Origin: a virus
Direction: 5' to 3' (one strand)
Length of the DNA stretch: 64,000 nt
Virus record (IMG/VR): IMGVR_UViG_3300044845_000779
Location: 4,261-68,260 of that record
This document shows, one piece after another, positions 57,130-64,000 of the stretch (positions are counted from its first letter, which is position 1; each line of letters starts with the position of its first letter). Below the pieces are notes generated by a model that had not been told where the DNA came from, ran no database searches, and was given only the letters and a program-made list of their open reading frames with translations. Made by a program: the position numbers and the translations under genes.

Positions 57130-57355
57130 TTTTATCTATCCATCCATTTGCCGATGGCCATGCCGAGAATAAGGCCCACGATAAACACAATGACGTTTTC
57201 AATTTTCATTGTGTTAAAGACCTTGGTGTATTCCATGCACAGGCTTGGTATAAAGCTCATATTCATTTTCAGGTGTCCCACTGTGATCGCCCCCCGCCTG
57301 ATAAGGCGGCGCACGCTCCGACCGTTGAGAGTCAGAGCGTGCGACTGTGAGAGCG

Positions 57356-58366
57356 TTAGACCAGATCGTCAAGCAAATCGGCCGCAGTTGCGGTCGAATT
57401 CACCTTTGCGACACCATTGCCGCGGGCGTACGCCCGTTGCTGCGCTTGCTTGGCATCAGCCAGCACGCCCCTGACCGTCAAGATCTTGGGCTGGTTCAGC
57501 CAGTCCTTTGCTTGCATTGCCACCGCATGCAGCGCAGTCGAGGCACTGATGGCGTCTTCGACCGACATCATCCGATTGGTAAGCAGCTTGGCCGATTTGG
57601 CCAGGAGCTTGTCGTGGATGCGTTCAGCAATGCTGAGCTGTGCGCCGATGGAGAGCGCTACAAAGTCGTCAACGGTGTGGCCGGTGTTGAAGCTGTTGGC
57701 TTCGGCCAGAACGTCTTTGGCGGTTTCGCTCCACTTGCTCGCCGCGGCTTTTGCTTTTGCTTGCGCGTCAGCGACCGCCGTTCTGTACTGGTCCGGGAAC
57801 CGAGACTTGACGATGTCCAGGCGCGACTTGTCGTCGGTCGACAACTGACCTCGGATGTCAGACCAGAAGTCGAGCAGCCCTTTGAGCGACATCGGCAACG
57901 AGTACGCGTACGCGGGGTCGGTGGACCCTTCATACAGTGCGATGCTGCCGTTTGGCACGTCGCGGCACTCGTGCAGCTGGTCATAGAGCGAGTTTCTGAT
58001 GCCGTCGCAGATGTTGGCCTCCTCGGCGTCGTTGACGCGCGGTTCGTGCCCGCTTGCGTCTGTGAGGTAGGCCTTGATCGCCTCGCCACGAGTGGCTTCG
58101 TCTTGCTCATTGCGCTCATCGAGCGTGGAGCCCGATTCGCTTGCGCGCTTTTGTGCGTTGATGTGCTTGACCAGGCTCCACATCACTGAATTGGTGAGCG
58201 CGTTGCAGCTGATCTTGATCACCTCGACGCGAGTCTCAGTGTCGGACGGTGCGTCCATCAAATGCGTCAAGAAGTTTGTCGAGAAACTGACCGCGGGTGT
58301 GGCGGTGGTTTCGGTTTCGAAGTTCATGGCGGCCATGGTGCCGGTCGGGATGCGATGCGTTTTCAT
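57356..58366 (-). CDS. Hypothetical helical protein (336 aa)
   Basis: AAGGA RBS; phage-like codon bias. Confidence 0.7.
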   Translation of the reverse strand: MKTHRIPTGTMAAMNFETETTATPAVSFSTNFLTHLMDAPSDTETRVEVIKISCNALTNSVMWSLVKHINAQKRASESGSTLDERNEQDEATRGEAIKAYLTDASGHEPRVNDAEEANICDGIRNSLYDQLHECRDVPNGSIALYEGSTDPAYAYSLPMSLKGLLDFWSDIRGQLSTDDKSRLDIVKSRFPDQYRTAVADAQAKAKAAASKWSETAKDVLAEANSFNTGHTVDDFVALSIGAQLSIAERIHDKLLAKSAKLLTNRMMSVEDAISASTALHAVAMQAKDWLNQPKILTVRGVLADAKQAQQRAYARGNGVAKVNSTATAADLLDDLV

Positions 58367-58403
58367 ATGAGTGATCCTTGAAGTTTTGAGATTTGAGATT
58401 GGT

Positions 58404-58589
58404 TTAGCGAATGTTGCGCAGGTTGCGCACGTGCACGAACAGGTAAAGCACTTCTGAGTCGGACAGACCCTCCTTCATTAAGCGGTCTCGGTTCTCTTGC
58501 AAGAGTTCGAGCCGCAGTTCCGGCGTAAGCAAGTCCATGGGCTCACGAGCGCCGTGCTCGTTGAACCCATACTCGTCGTCACGAGTCAT
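58404..58589 (-). CDS. Hypothetical protein
   Basis: AGGAG RBS. Confidence 0.6.
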   Translation of the reverse strand: MTRDDEYGFNEHGAREPMDLLTPELRLELLQENRDRLMKEGLSDSEVLYLFVHVRNLRNIR

Positions 58590-58620
58590 GGTTTTCTCCT
58601 GAAAAGCGGCTAACCAACAT

Positions 58621-58666
58621 GGCCAGCCGTACAAGACAGCCTGGCCGCCTGGGCGCCAGCACAGGC
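58621..58666 (-). promoter_or_regulatory. Degenerate copy of the two-hairpin early-region element
   Basis: GC-TGGC-GC hairpin followed by GGCCAG...CTGGCC hairpin; lacks the core. Confidence 0.45.
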
Positions 58667-58671
58667 TTTAA

Positions 58672-58845
58672 CTATTGGTAGATGCCCGCTACGAGAGCGA
58701 CATCCCATTGATCGAACAGGCGTTGCACTCGTTCGATCGAGACACCAGTGCGCTGAGCAGTAGCGGAGCTGGTAAGTCCGCTGTGCCAGCAATGCTTGAT
58801 TGCGTTTTCGATCGCGATTGCGACCGGGTCTTTGAATGTGTTCAT
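58672..58845 (-). CDS. Small helix-turn-helix protein (57 aa)
   Basis: Translated by eye: ...GLTSSATAQRTGVSIERVQRLFDQW; TAAGGA RBS. Confidence 0.65.
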   Translation of the reverse strand: MNTFKDPVAIAIENAIKHCWHSGLTSSATAQRTGVSIERVQRLFDQWDVALVAGIYQ

Positions 58846-58858
58846 GGGGGGGTGTTCC

Positions 58859-59137
58859 TTATTTGAGGTAGTTGATGACTCCCGGGTAATAGGTGCGCCC
58901 GTCGATATAACCGACGAGCCATTTGGCTGCGGTGGTCATGCCTGATAAGAGCAGACCAGCAACTGCAGCGGCCATTACGCCGCTGAACGTCCCCCAATGG
59001 AGGACGTATCCTGCGACTGCGCCTGCCAAGTCGAGCCATAAGCCGTATTTGAGCAAGCGCAAGAGTGTGATGCGGGGCAGCTTCCAGAATAGGAAAGCAA
59101 ACCCGCAAAAGATAATGATCCCTGATTCGATGATCAT
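58859..59137 (-). CDS. Small membrane protein (about 3 TM)
   Basis: Hydrophobic segments; HWGTFSGVMAA. Confidence 0.7.
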   Translation of the reverse strand: MIIESGIIIFCGFAFLFWKLPRITLLRLLKYGLWLDLAGAVAGYVLHWGTFSGVMAAAVAGLLLSGMTTAAKWLVGYIDGRTYYPGVINYLK

Positions 59138-59310
59138 TCTCCGAGCTCCATCATTTTGTGTGGGCGTGGATCAACGTGCAGCGTTTGGATGGTGGCCGCG
59201 TGGTCGGCGGGGGTGCGACATATCAGCCAATCGGCTGCTCGCAGAACGCAAACGAAGTGATCGCGGTGATAGGTTTCACCGTCGTACCATTCAACGAGAT
59301 AAATGTTCAT
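59134..59310 (-). CDS. Hypothetical protein (58 aa)
   Basis: ATGA overlaps with an upstream 9-codon mini-ORF and with the downstream gene. Confidence 0.5.
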   Translation of the reverse strand: MNIYLVEWYDGETYHRDHFVCVLRAADWLICRTPADHAATIQTLHVDPRPHKMMELGE

Positions 59311-59427
59311 TTTGTGTGCTTTCGCTGTTTGTTCATGGGGTCCCACCGTTGGCGGGTGGGATTGATAAGACGCAGGTAACCCGGGGGCTATACATCGCCC
59401 CCATTTGGGTTGAGTGGATTGACTGGT

Positions 59428-59730
59428 TTATCGCTTTTGCATGAGGTCGATGACCTCGCTGATTGCGACCGCAAGCCCGATGATCAGGCTGTATTTCGCC
59501 GTGGTTTTGGCCGCGTTGATCGCACCCGGGTGCTTTTCCGCGTACTCCTTGATGCCCATGAGCATCGGTTTGTCGTCGATGACGATTCCGACTTTGGCGG
59601 GGCCGGCGGCGGGGGTGTTTGATGTGGCGTCGTTCATGGTGGTTTGGGTCTCTTTGTCAAAGGGTTTGAGTTTTGCGGGCGTGTCGCTGCGAAGTTCGCC
59701 GCGAAGTTCGATGTGTTCGATGATGTCCAT
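59428..59730 (-). CDS. Small protein with C-terminal TM segment
   Basis: AGGAG RBS. Confidence 0.65.
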   Translation of the reverse strand: MDIIEHIELRGELRSDTPAKLKPFDKETQTTMNDATSNTPAAGPAKVGIVIDDKPMLMGIKEYAEKHPGAINAAKTTAKYSLIIGLAVAISEVIDLMQKR

Positions 59731-59760
59731 GGTGTAACTCCTAATTGGTGATTGAAGGGT

Positions 59761-59821
59761 GTGTGGCCAGGGACAACCCCTGACCTACACACAAGAGACT
59801 GAAAGCCCGGCGCCAGCCGGG
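59761..59821 (-). promoter_or_regulatory. Two-hairpin element, copy 1
   Basis: CCCGGC-TGGC-GCCGGG, TCAGTCT-N4-TGTGTAGGTCAG, second stem. Confidence 0.75.
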
Positions 59822-59842
59822 ATGAGTGGATTGGTTGATTGT

Positions 59843-59989
59843 TTAGATCAAGTGGAATGAAGGCGTTTTGTCCGCGGCTTGCGCCTGTGCCGCTTCATTG
59901 AGCGCCCGTATTGCGGCGAGCAATGCGTACTGCGCTAGTTCTTTTTGTTCTTCTTCGGCCGCGCGCTTATCAATGGATTGGGAAAGCAT
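59843..59989 (-). CDS. Small helical protein (48 aa)
   Basis: ATG downstream of element copy 2; AAGGG RBS. Confidence 0.5.
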   Translation of the reverse strand: MLSQSIDKRAAEEEQKELAQYALLAAIRALNEAAQAQAADKTPSFHLI

Positions 59990-60020
59990 TGGAATGAGCC
60001 CTTTCGTACATGGAGTGTTT

Positions 60021-60084
60021 TGTGAATGGCCAGGCTGAATGCCTGACCTACACAAAAAAGACTGAAACTCAGCGCCAGCTGAGC
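60021..60084 (-). promoter_or_regulatory. Two-hairpin element, copy 2
   Basis: CTCAGC-TGGC-GCTGAG, same invariant core, covarying stems. Confidence 0.75.
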
Positions 60085-60165
60085 ATGACGTGAGTCCCAC
60101 CGTTGGCGGGCCACCCTTCAAATACACGCCACAACCTCGATGAGCCGAGGCTGTGGCGGTAAACA

Positions 60166-60684
60166 TTAGAAGGGCACTTCGCTGTTATCGATTTCCACTT
60201 CAGTGGGTGAAGGCTTGGCGTCGTGCTCGGCTTTCATTTCTGCGCTAACTTTTTCGTAGTTCTTTATTTCTGCGTACAGGCGAGCTAAGAACGGGGGCAG
60301 TTTCTCTGGCCGGTGTATTGCGCTGAGTTGGCTATAGAGATTGCGTCCAAGCGCCTTATCGAGTGCGGAATAGAGCCGTTCGGCTGTTGTGAATCCTCTG
60401 TCGGCGTACACCTTTTCGATGTACGTAATCCATCGAGGCGGCATGCCATCGGTGAGAGGCTCTTTTTTGTCCCATTCGTAGCGAGATACAAGTGCTGGGA
60501 CGTAGCGCGCGCAGAACGCGTCAAGGTCAGCCGGCGTGCGGTCGACGTTGGCGTGCGTTTCGCGGTGCGCGCTGGTTTTAGCTGATGCTTGCGCTTTGGT
60601 GGTTGCGCGAAGCTCTGCGAGTTCGGCGGCGAGGGTTTTGATTTGGGCTTCGAGGGAAGCCATGGTCAGTTTTTGCGTTGCCAT
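60166..60684 (-). CDS. Hypothetical protein with acidic SSB-like C-terminal tail
   Basis: AAGGA RBS; N-terminal coiled coil; ends EVEIDNSEVPF. Confidence 0.65.
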   Translation of the reverse strand: MATQKLTMASLEAQIKTLAAELAELRATTKAQASAKTSAHRETHANVDRTPADLDAFCARYVPALVSRYEWDKKEPLTDGMPPRWITYIEKVYADRGFTTAERLYSALDKALGRNLYSQLSAIHRPEKLPPFLARLYAEIKNYEKVSAEMKAEHDAKPSPTEVEIDNSEVPF

Positions 60685-60712
60685 TTCGTAGTTCCTTGTT
60701 TTGATTGGGGTT

Positions 60713-60928
60713 TTAGAACAGCAGTGCGGCGGCTGCGGCACCGAGAAACGCGCCGAGGCCAGAGACGGCGCTCTGCGTAACCGCTTTCTTCGTGCCATCG
60801 TCGCGCGCGATCGCAACCGCCGAGTCGATAGTCTTTTTCAATGTCGATGCAACTTTGGCTTCGGTGGCATTGGTGGCATTGGTGGCTTCGGGGGTTTGAA
60901 CCGGGGTGCTGCTCTGCTCTGTGCTCAT
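60713..60928 (-). CDS. Small protein with C-terminal hydrophobic Gly/Ala helix
   Basis: AAGGA RBS; first gene of the - arm. Confidence 0.6.
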   Translation of the reverse strand: MSTEQSSTPVQTPEATNATNATEAKVASTLKKTIDSAVAIARDDGTKKAVTQSAVSGLGAFLGAAAAALLF

Positions 60929-60951
60929 CGCTTAGTCCTTCCGTACGTGGG

Positions 60952-61014
60952 GTAGGTGATCAGAGAACTCTCTGACCTACACACGAAAGACTGAGTAGTT
61001 GCGGGCCGTGCCCG
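60952..61014 (-). promoter_or_regulatory. Two-hairpin element, copy 3
   Basis: CGGGC/GCCCG hairpin, same invariant core, CAGAGA/TCTCTG stem. Confidence 0.7.
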
Positions 61015-61310
61015 TGCAGTGACTGAGCACAGCGAAGTGCCATTGACGTGGGACCTACCTGCGCAGCAGTGCAGTGACTGAGCACAGCGAAGTGCAGTGC
61101 TGCGTAGCAGTGACTGAGCTGCACAGGGCGGGGCGGCAGCCCCCCCAGCAGCGAAGTAACTGAGCGCGCAGCGCGAAGTAGCGGCGGCAGCCGTGAGCTG
61201 AGGATCGGCGAGCGCAGCGAACCGAATCCGAAGTGGCCCCGGCATCGCCGGGTCCGGGGGAGGGGGTGTCATCGAAGGACAAATGCAAAAAAATTGTGCA
61301 AATTTTTTTA
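61014..61310. repeat. Repeat-rich divergent region upstream of terS (candidate terminus/packaging or priming signal)
   Basis: 27-bp direct repeat (61014-61040, 61069-61095), GCAGTGACTGAGC x3, GCGAAGT x4, G-run, AT-rich inverted repeat. Confidence 0.6.
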
Positions 61311-61338
61311 CTGCGCCTTCCCCCCGACCGCTTTGTAC

Positions 61339-61379
61339 TCTTACAGTCTTGTGGTAACTGTCTTACAATCCTGTCCAAC
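61339..61379 (+). promoter_or_regulatory. Putative late promoter for terS (near-leaderless)
   Basis: TGTCTTACAATCCTGTC, similar to the capsid promoter; TACAAT ends 10 nt before the ATG; no SD. Confidence 0.5.
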
Positions 61380-62045
61380 ATGCCACGATCCGCCATAACC
61401 ACGGCACAAACTGCCGTATCGCCCCCGCCGCCGCGCCCCAAAGCCGCGAAGGACCGCTTTGCGCAGCTCGTAGAGCGCAAAGCAGCCGGAGCCCTCAATG
61501 GCTACAGCGGCCCACTGAACGAGCGCCAACTCGCTGTGGCGCGCGCGGTAGCCGAGGGCAAGTCGTGGAGAGTCGCCCTGGAGTCCGCGGGCATGCGCGC
61601 GCACCCCGACACGTTGCACAAGTTCCAAGCCGACCCGCGCATCCAGGCGGTGATCCAGCGCGAGGCAAAACGCAGCGCCGAAGTGGTGAACATGACCCGA
61701 AAAAAGGTCATGGACGGCTTTCTGGACGCGATCGAGATGGCCCGCACCATGGCCGACCCCAACTCAATGATCAAAGGCTGGTCGGAAGTGGCTCGCATGT
61801 GCGGCTACTACGCGGCTGAGACGAAAAAGATCGAAGTTTCGTTCTCTGCCAAGCGTCTGATCGACAAATTCGAGACCATGAGCGATGAAGAACTCCTCCG
61901 ACACGCCGAAGCCGAGACGACCATCGACGTCGACGCGATCGAAGTCGACGACGACGGTCAAAAAAGGCTCGAAAACCAGCCAAACGACCAAAACACGGGC
62001 CACGAAGGCGAAATCGACGGTTTCGAAGGGTCAGTCACCCCCTGA
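61380..62045 (+). CDS. terS: Terminase small subunit
   Basis: LNERQLAVARAVAEG...AG, DPRIQAVI, AIEMAR...MIKGWSEVARMCGYY, MSDEELL; directly upstream of terL. Confidence 0.8.
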   Translation: MPRSAITTAQTAVSPPPPRPKAAKDRFAQLVERKAAGALNGYSGPLNERQLAVARAVAEGKSWRVALESAGMRAHPDTLHKFQADPRIQAVIQREAKRSAEVVNMTRKKVMDGFLDAIEMARTMADPNSMIKGWSEVARMCGYYAAETKKIEVSFSAKRLIDKFETMSDEELLRHAEAETTIDVDAIEVDDDGQKRLENQPNDQNTGHEGEIDGFEGSVTP

Positions 62046-62055
62046 AAAGGTCGTT

Positions 62056-63981
62056 TTGACCAAAAACTGCGCGCAGTGCGACAAAACCTGGGCCCGACCG
62101 GCCTGGCAGGCCTACAAATACTGGGAAATCGCGCGTTTTTGCTCCCGCGCCTGCAAGCAGGCCTACGACAAGACCGATCACGGGCGCCTGGAGCGCTCGG
62201 CGCAGACGAAAGCAGCCCAAGAAGCCGGTCACGACAAGAGCGCGCCCTCAATGCAAGAGCTTGCGCTGCCTTCCGAGCTTGCGCAGGGGGTCATTATTCC
62301 GAACCAGGCACCCAACCGTGGGAGTGACACGACGCCGCCCGACATGGGCCCGGCGCTGCGCGAGATGGCCCAGCGGGTGCTGGCGCGCCGCTCGCTTTTG
62401 CAGTTCACCAAGAAAACCCACCCCTCGTACGAGGCGGGCTGGGTGCACGCAGACATCTGCAAGCGCCTGGAGCGCTTTTCGGCCGACGTGGCCGCCAGAA
62501 AGAGCCCGCGACTAATGCTTCTGATGCCCCCGCGGCACGGCAAGTCGGAGCTGGCCTCCATTCGCTTCCCCGCCTGGCACCTGGGCCACCACCCGGACCA
62601 TGAGGTGATCAACGTCGGCTACAACCTGGATCTGCCGATGAAGTTCTCCCGCAAGGTGCGCGAGATGTTTCGCGACAACCTGTACACGGCGATCTTTGCC
62701 GGCGCAAAGCTTGACCCCGACAGTCAGTCGATCGAGGCCTGGAACACCACCCAGGGCGGGGGATTTACCGCGGCCGGCGTGGGCGGCGGTATTACCGGCA
62801 AGGGCGCGCACGTGCTGATCGTGGACGACCCGCTTAAAAACATGGAAGAGGCCGACAGCGCGCAGACCCGCGAAAAGCTGTGGGACTGGTACTTGTCGAC
62901 CGCCTACACCCGCTTGGCGCCAGGCGGCGGCGTGCTGGTGATCGAGACCTGGTGGAACGACGACGACCTGGCCGGGCGGCTGCAGGCTGCCATGCGTGCG
63001 GACCCGCTTTCAGACCAGTTTGTCGTCGTGAAATACCCCGCTCTTGCCGAGAAGTACGAGTTTCGGCACAAGGAAACGCTGCACATCGTGCGCACCGACG
63101 AGCCCGCGCTCTCGCGCGAAAAGCTTGTGGGGGAGGCGGTTGCAGCGAAACTCGTCCACGGGGATAGCACGGATGTCAGCCTGCTGGAGCCGCAGAACTA
63201 CGAGCTCCTGCGCTCCCCGGGCGAGGCGCTGCACACCGCCCGCTACGACGCCACCGCGCTTGGCCGGATCAAGGCCAACCAGGCCCCCCGGATCTGGTCG
63301 GCGCTGTACCAGCAGAACCCGGTGCCAGACGAGGGCCTGTACTTCAGGAAGGATTACGTGCGGCTGGTGCCGGTCACCCCGCAGCCCTACGGGTTGAACA
63401 TTTTTACTGCCTGGGACTTTGCCATCGGCGAGAAGCAGGCCAACGACTACACCGTGGGTGCCACGCTGGTGCAGGACCACATGGACAACCTGTACGTGGT
63501 CGAGATCAACCGCTTCAAGGGCGACAGTTTCACGATCGTGGAAGAGATTCTGAACGTGTACGAGCGCTGGGGGGTGTCGCTCGGTGCGGACTACCTGCTG
63601 GGCTTTGAGGACGGTCAGATTTTCCGCGCTATCAAGCCGCTGCTTGAAAAACGCATGCTGGAGAGGACTCTCTATCCATCTTATGAGATACTCAGACCGT
63701 TGACAGACAAGATGGCTCGTGCTCGGAGCCTGCAAGGTCGCATGCAGCAGGGGCGGGTGTACTTCCCCGAAGACGCACCGTGGCTTTCAGACACCACGCA
63801 CGAGTTGCTGCGCTTTCCGGGCGGCGTGCACGACGACATCGTCGACGCGCTTGCCTGGGCGGTGAATCTGGTGGTCGGAAAGTCCCCGCCACAGAAAACC
63901 CCGCCGCAGACGCTTGTTTCGTGGAAGGACCGGATCGATGGACTCATGGTCGGGTATGAAGGCTCGCACATGGCAGCGTAG
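62056..63981 (+). CDS. terL: Terminase large subunit with N-terminal zinc-finger-like segment (start uncertain: 61885, 62056 or later)
   Basis: MPPRHGKS, GITGKGAHVLIVDDP, ALYQQNP, AWDFA, HDDIVDA. Confidence 0.93.
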   Translation: MTKNCAQCDKTWARPAWQAYKYWEIARFCSRACKQAYDKTDHGRLERSAQTKAAQEAGHDKSAPSMQELALPSELAQGVIIPNQAPNRGSDTTPPDMGPALREMAQRVLARRSLLQFTKKTHPSYEAGWVHADICKRLERFSADVAARKSPRLMLLMPPRHGKSELASIRFPAWHLGHHPDHEVINVGYNLDLPMKFSRKVREMFRDNLYTAIFAGAKLDPDSQSIEAWNTTQGGGFTAAGVGGGITGKGAHVLIVDDPLKNMEEADSAQTREKLWDWYLSTAYTRLAPGGGVLVIETWWNDDDLAGRLQAAMRADPLSDQFVVVKYPALAEKYEFRHKETLHIVRTDEPALSREKLVGEAVAAKLVHGDSTDVSLLEPQNYELLRSPGEALHTARYDATALGRIKANQAPRIWSALYQQNPVPDEGLYFRKDYVRLVPVTPQPYGLNIFTAWDFAIGEKQANDYTVGATLVQDHMDNLYVVEINRFKGDSFTIVEEILNVYERWGVSLGADYLLGFEDGQIFRAIKPLLEKRMLERTLYPSYEILRPLTDKMARARSLQGRMQQGRVYFPEDAPWLSDTTHELLRFPGGVHDDIVDALAWAVNLVVGKSPPQKTPPQTLVSWKDRIDGLMVGYEGSHMAA

Positions 63982-64000
63982 GAAGTAGAGAAAGATGGCC

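Larger units (their letters stand above)
1..64000. mobile_element. Tailed dsDNA phage genome (N4-gp56-type capsid, probably podovirus-like, integrase-encoding), nearly complete
   Basis: Capsid, terminase, lysis, replication and integrase genes in two strand-coherent arms; no bacterial housekeeping genes. Confidence 0.95.

Noticed and set aside
59800-60084. Sigma54 promoters (TGGC...TTTC) in the repeated element
   Set aside because: No GC at the -12 position and the spacing differs by one base between copies
58621-61014. Integron attC sites or hammerhead ribozymes
   Set aside because: No GTTRRRY/RYYYAAC ends, the integrase lacks an evident IntI insertion and is about 24 kb away; the CUGAUGA hammerhead core is absent
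61959-61967. Programmed -1 frameshift fusing terS to terL at AAAAAAG
   Set aside because: The heptamer is not in the terS frame and terL is +1 relative to terS; a TTG start with RBS at 62056 is a simpler explanation

Overview
The whole window is one nearly complete tailed dsDNA phage genome (Caudoviricetes, GC-rich, no host genes), cut inside the head module: it opens in the 3' end of a probable scaffold gene and ends just after terL, so the portal gene is probably outside the window. The + arm (1-32967) carries an N4-gp56-type major capsid protein, adaptor and tail/adhesin genes, three large internal-virion/ejection-type proteins and a GH108 lysis cassette; no sheath or canonical tape measure was recognised, so podovirus-like morphology is inferred. 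The - arm (32932-60928) carries a tyrosine integrase with xis, nucleases, dNMP kinase, a family A DNA polymerase (Leu762 type), SNF2 helicase, Cas4-like nuclease, a MoxR ATPase/Nmad5-like/vWA-metallopeptidase module, a primase-helicase with an adjacent putative origin, and many small accessory genes; terS-terL close the window. The most unusual signals not explained by gene calls are: (1) a repeated covarying two-hairpin element with an invariant fixed-spacing core in front of successive early genes (58.6-61.0 kb); (2) an in-frame cassette array delimited by codon-identical 15-bp repeats, including an RMF-like module and a duplicated module with three TTGACA boxes (54.3-55.7 kb); (3) a structured capsid leader with three CCCGAC loops and an anti-SD; (4) a candidate sRNA with anti-SD loops; (5) two tandem arrays of small paralogues flanking the helicase. 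All calls come from reading motifs by eye; no database searches or folding programs were run.
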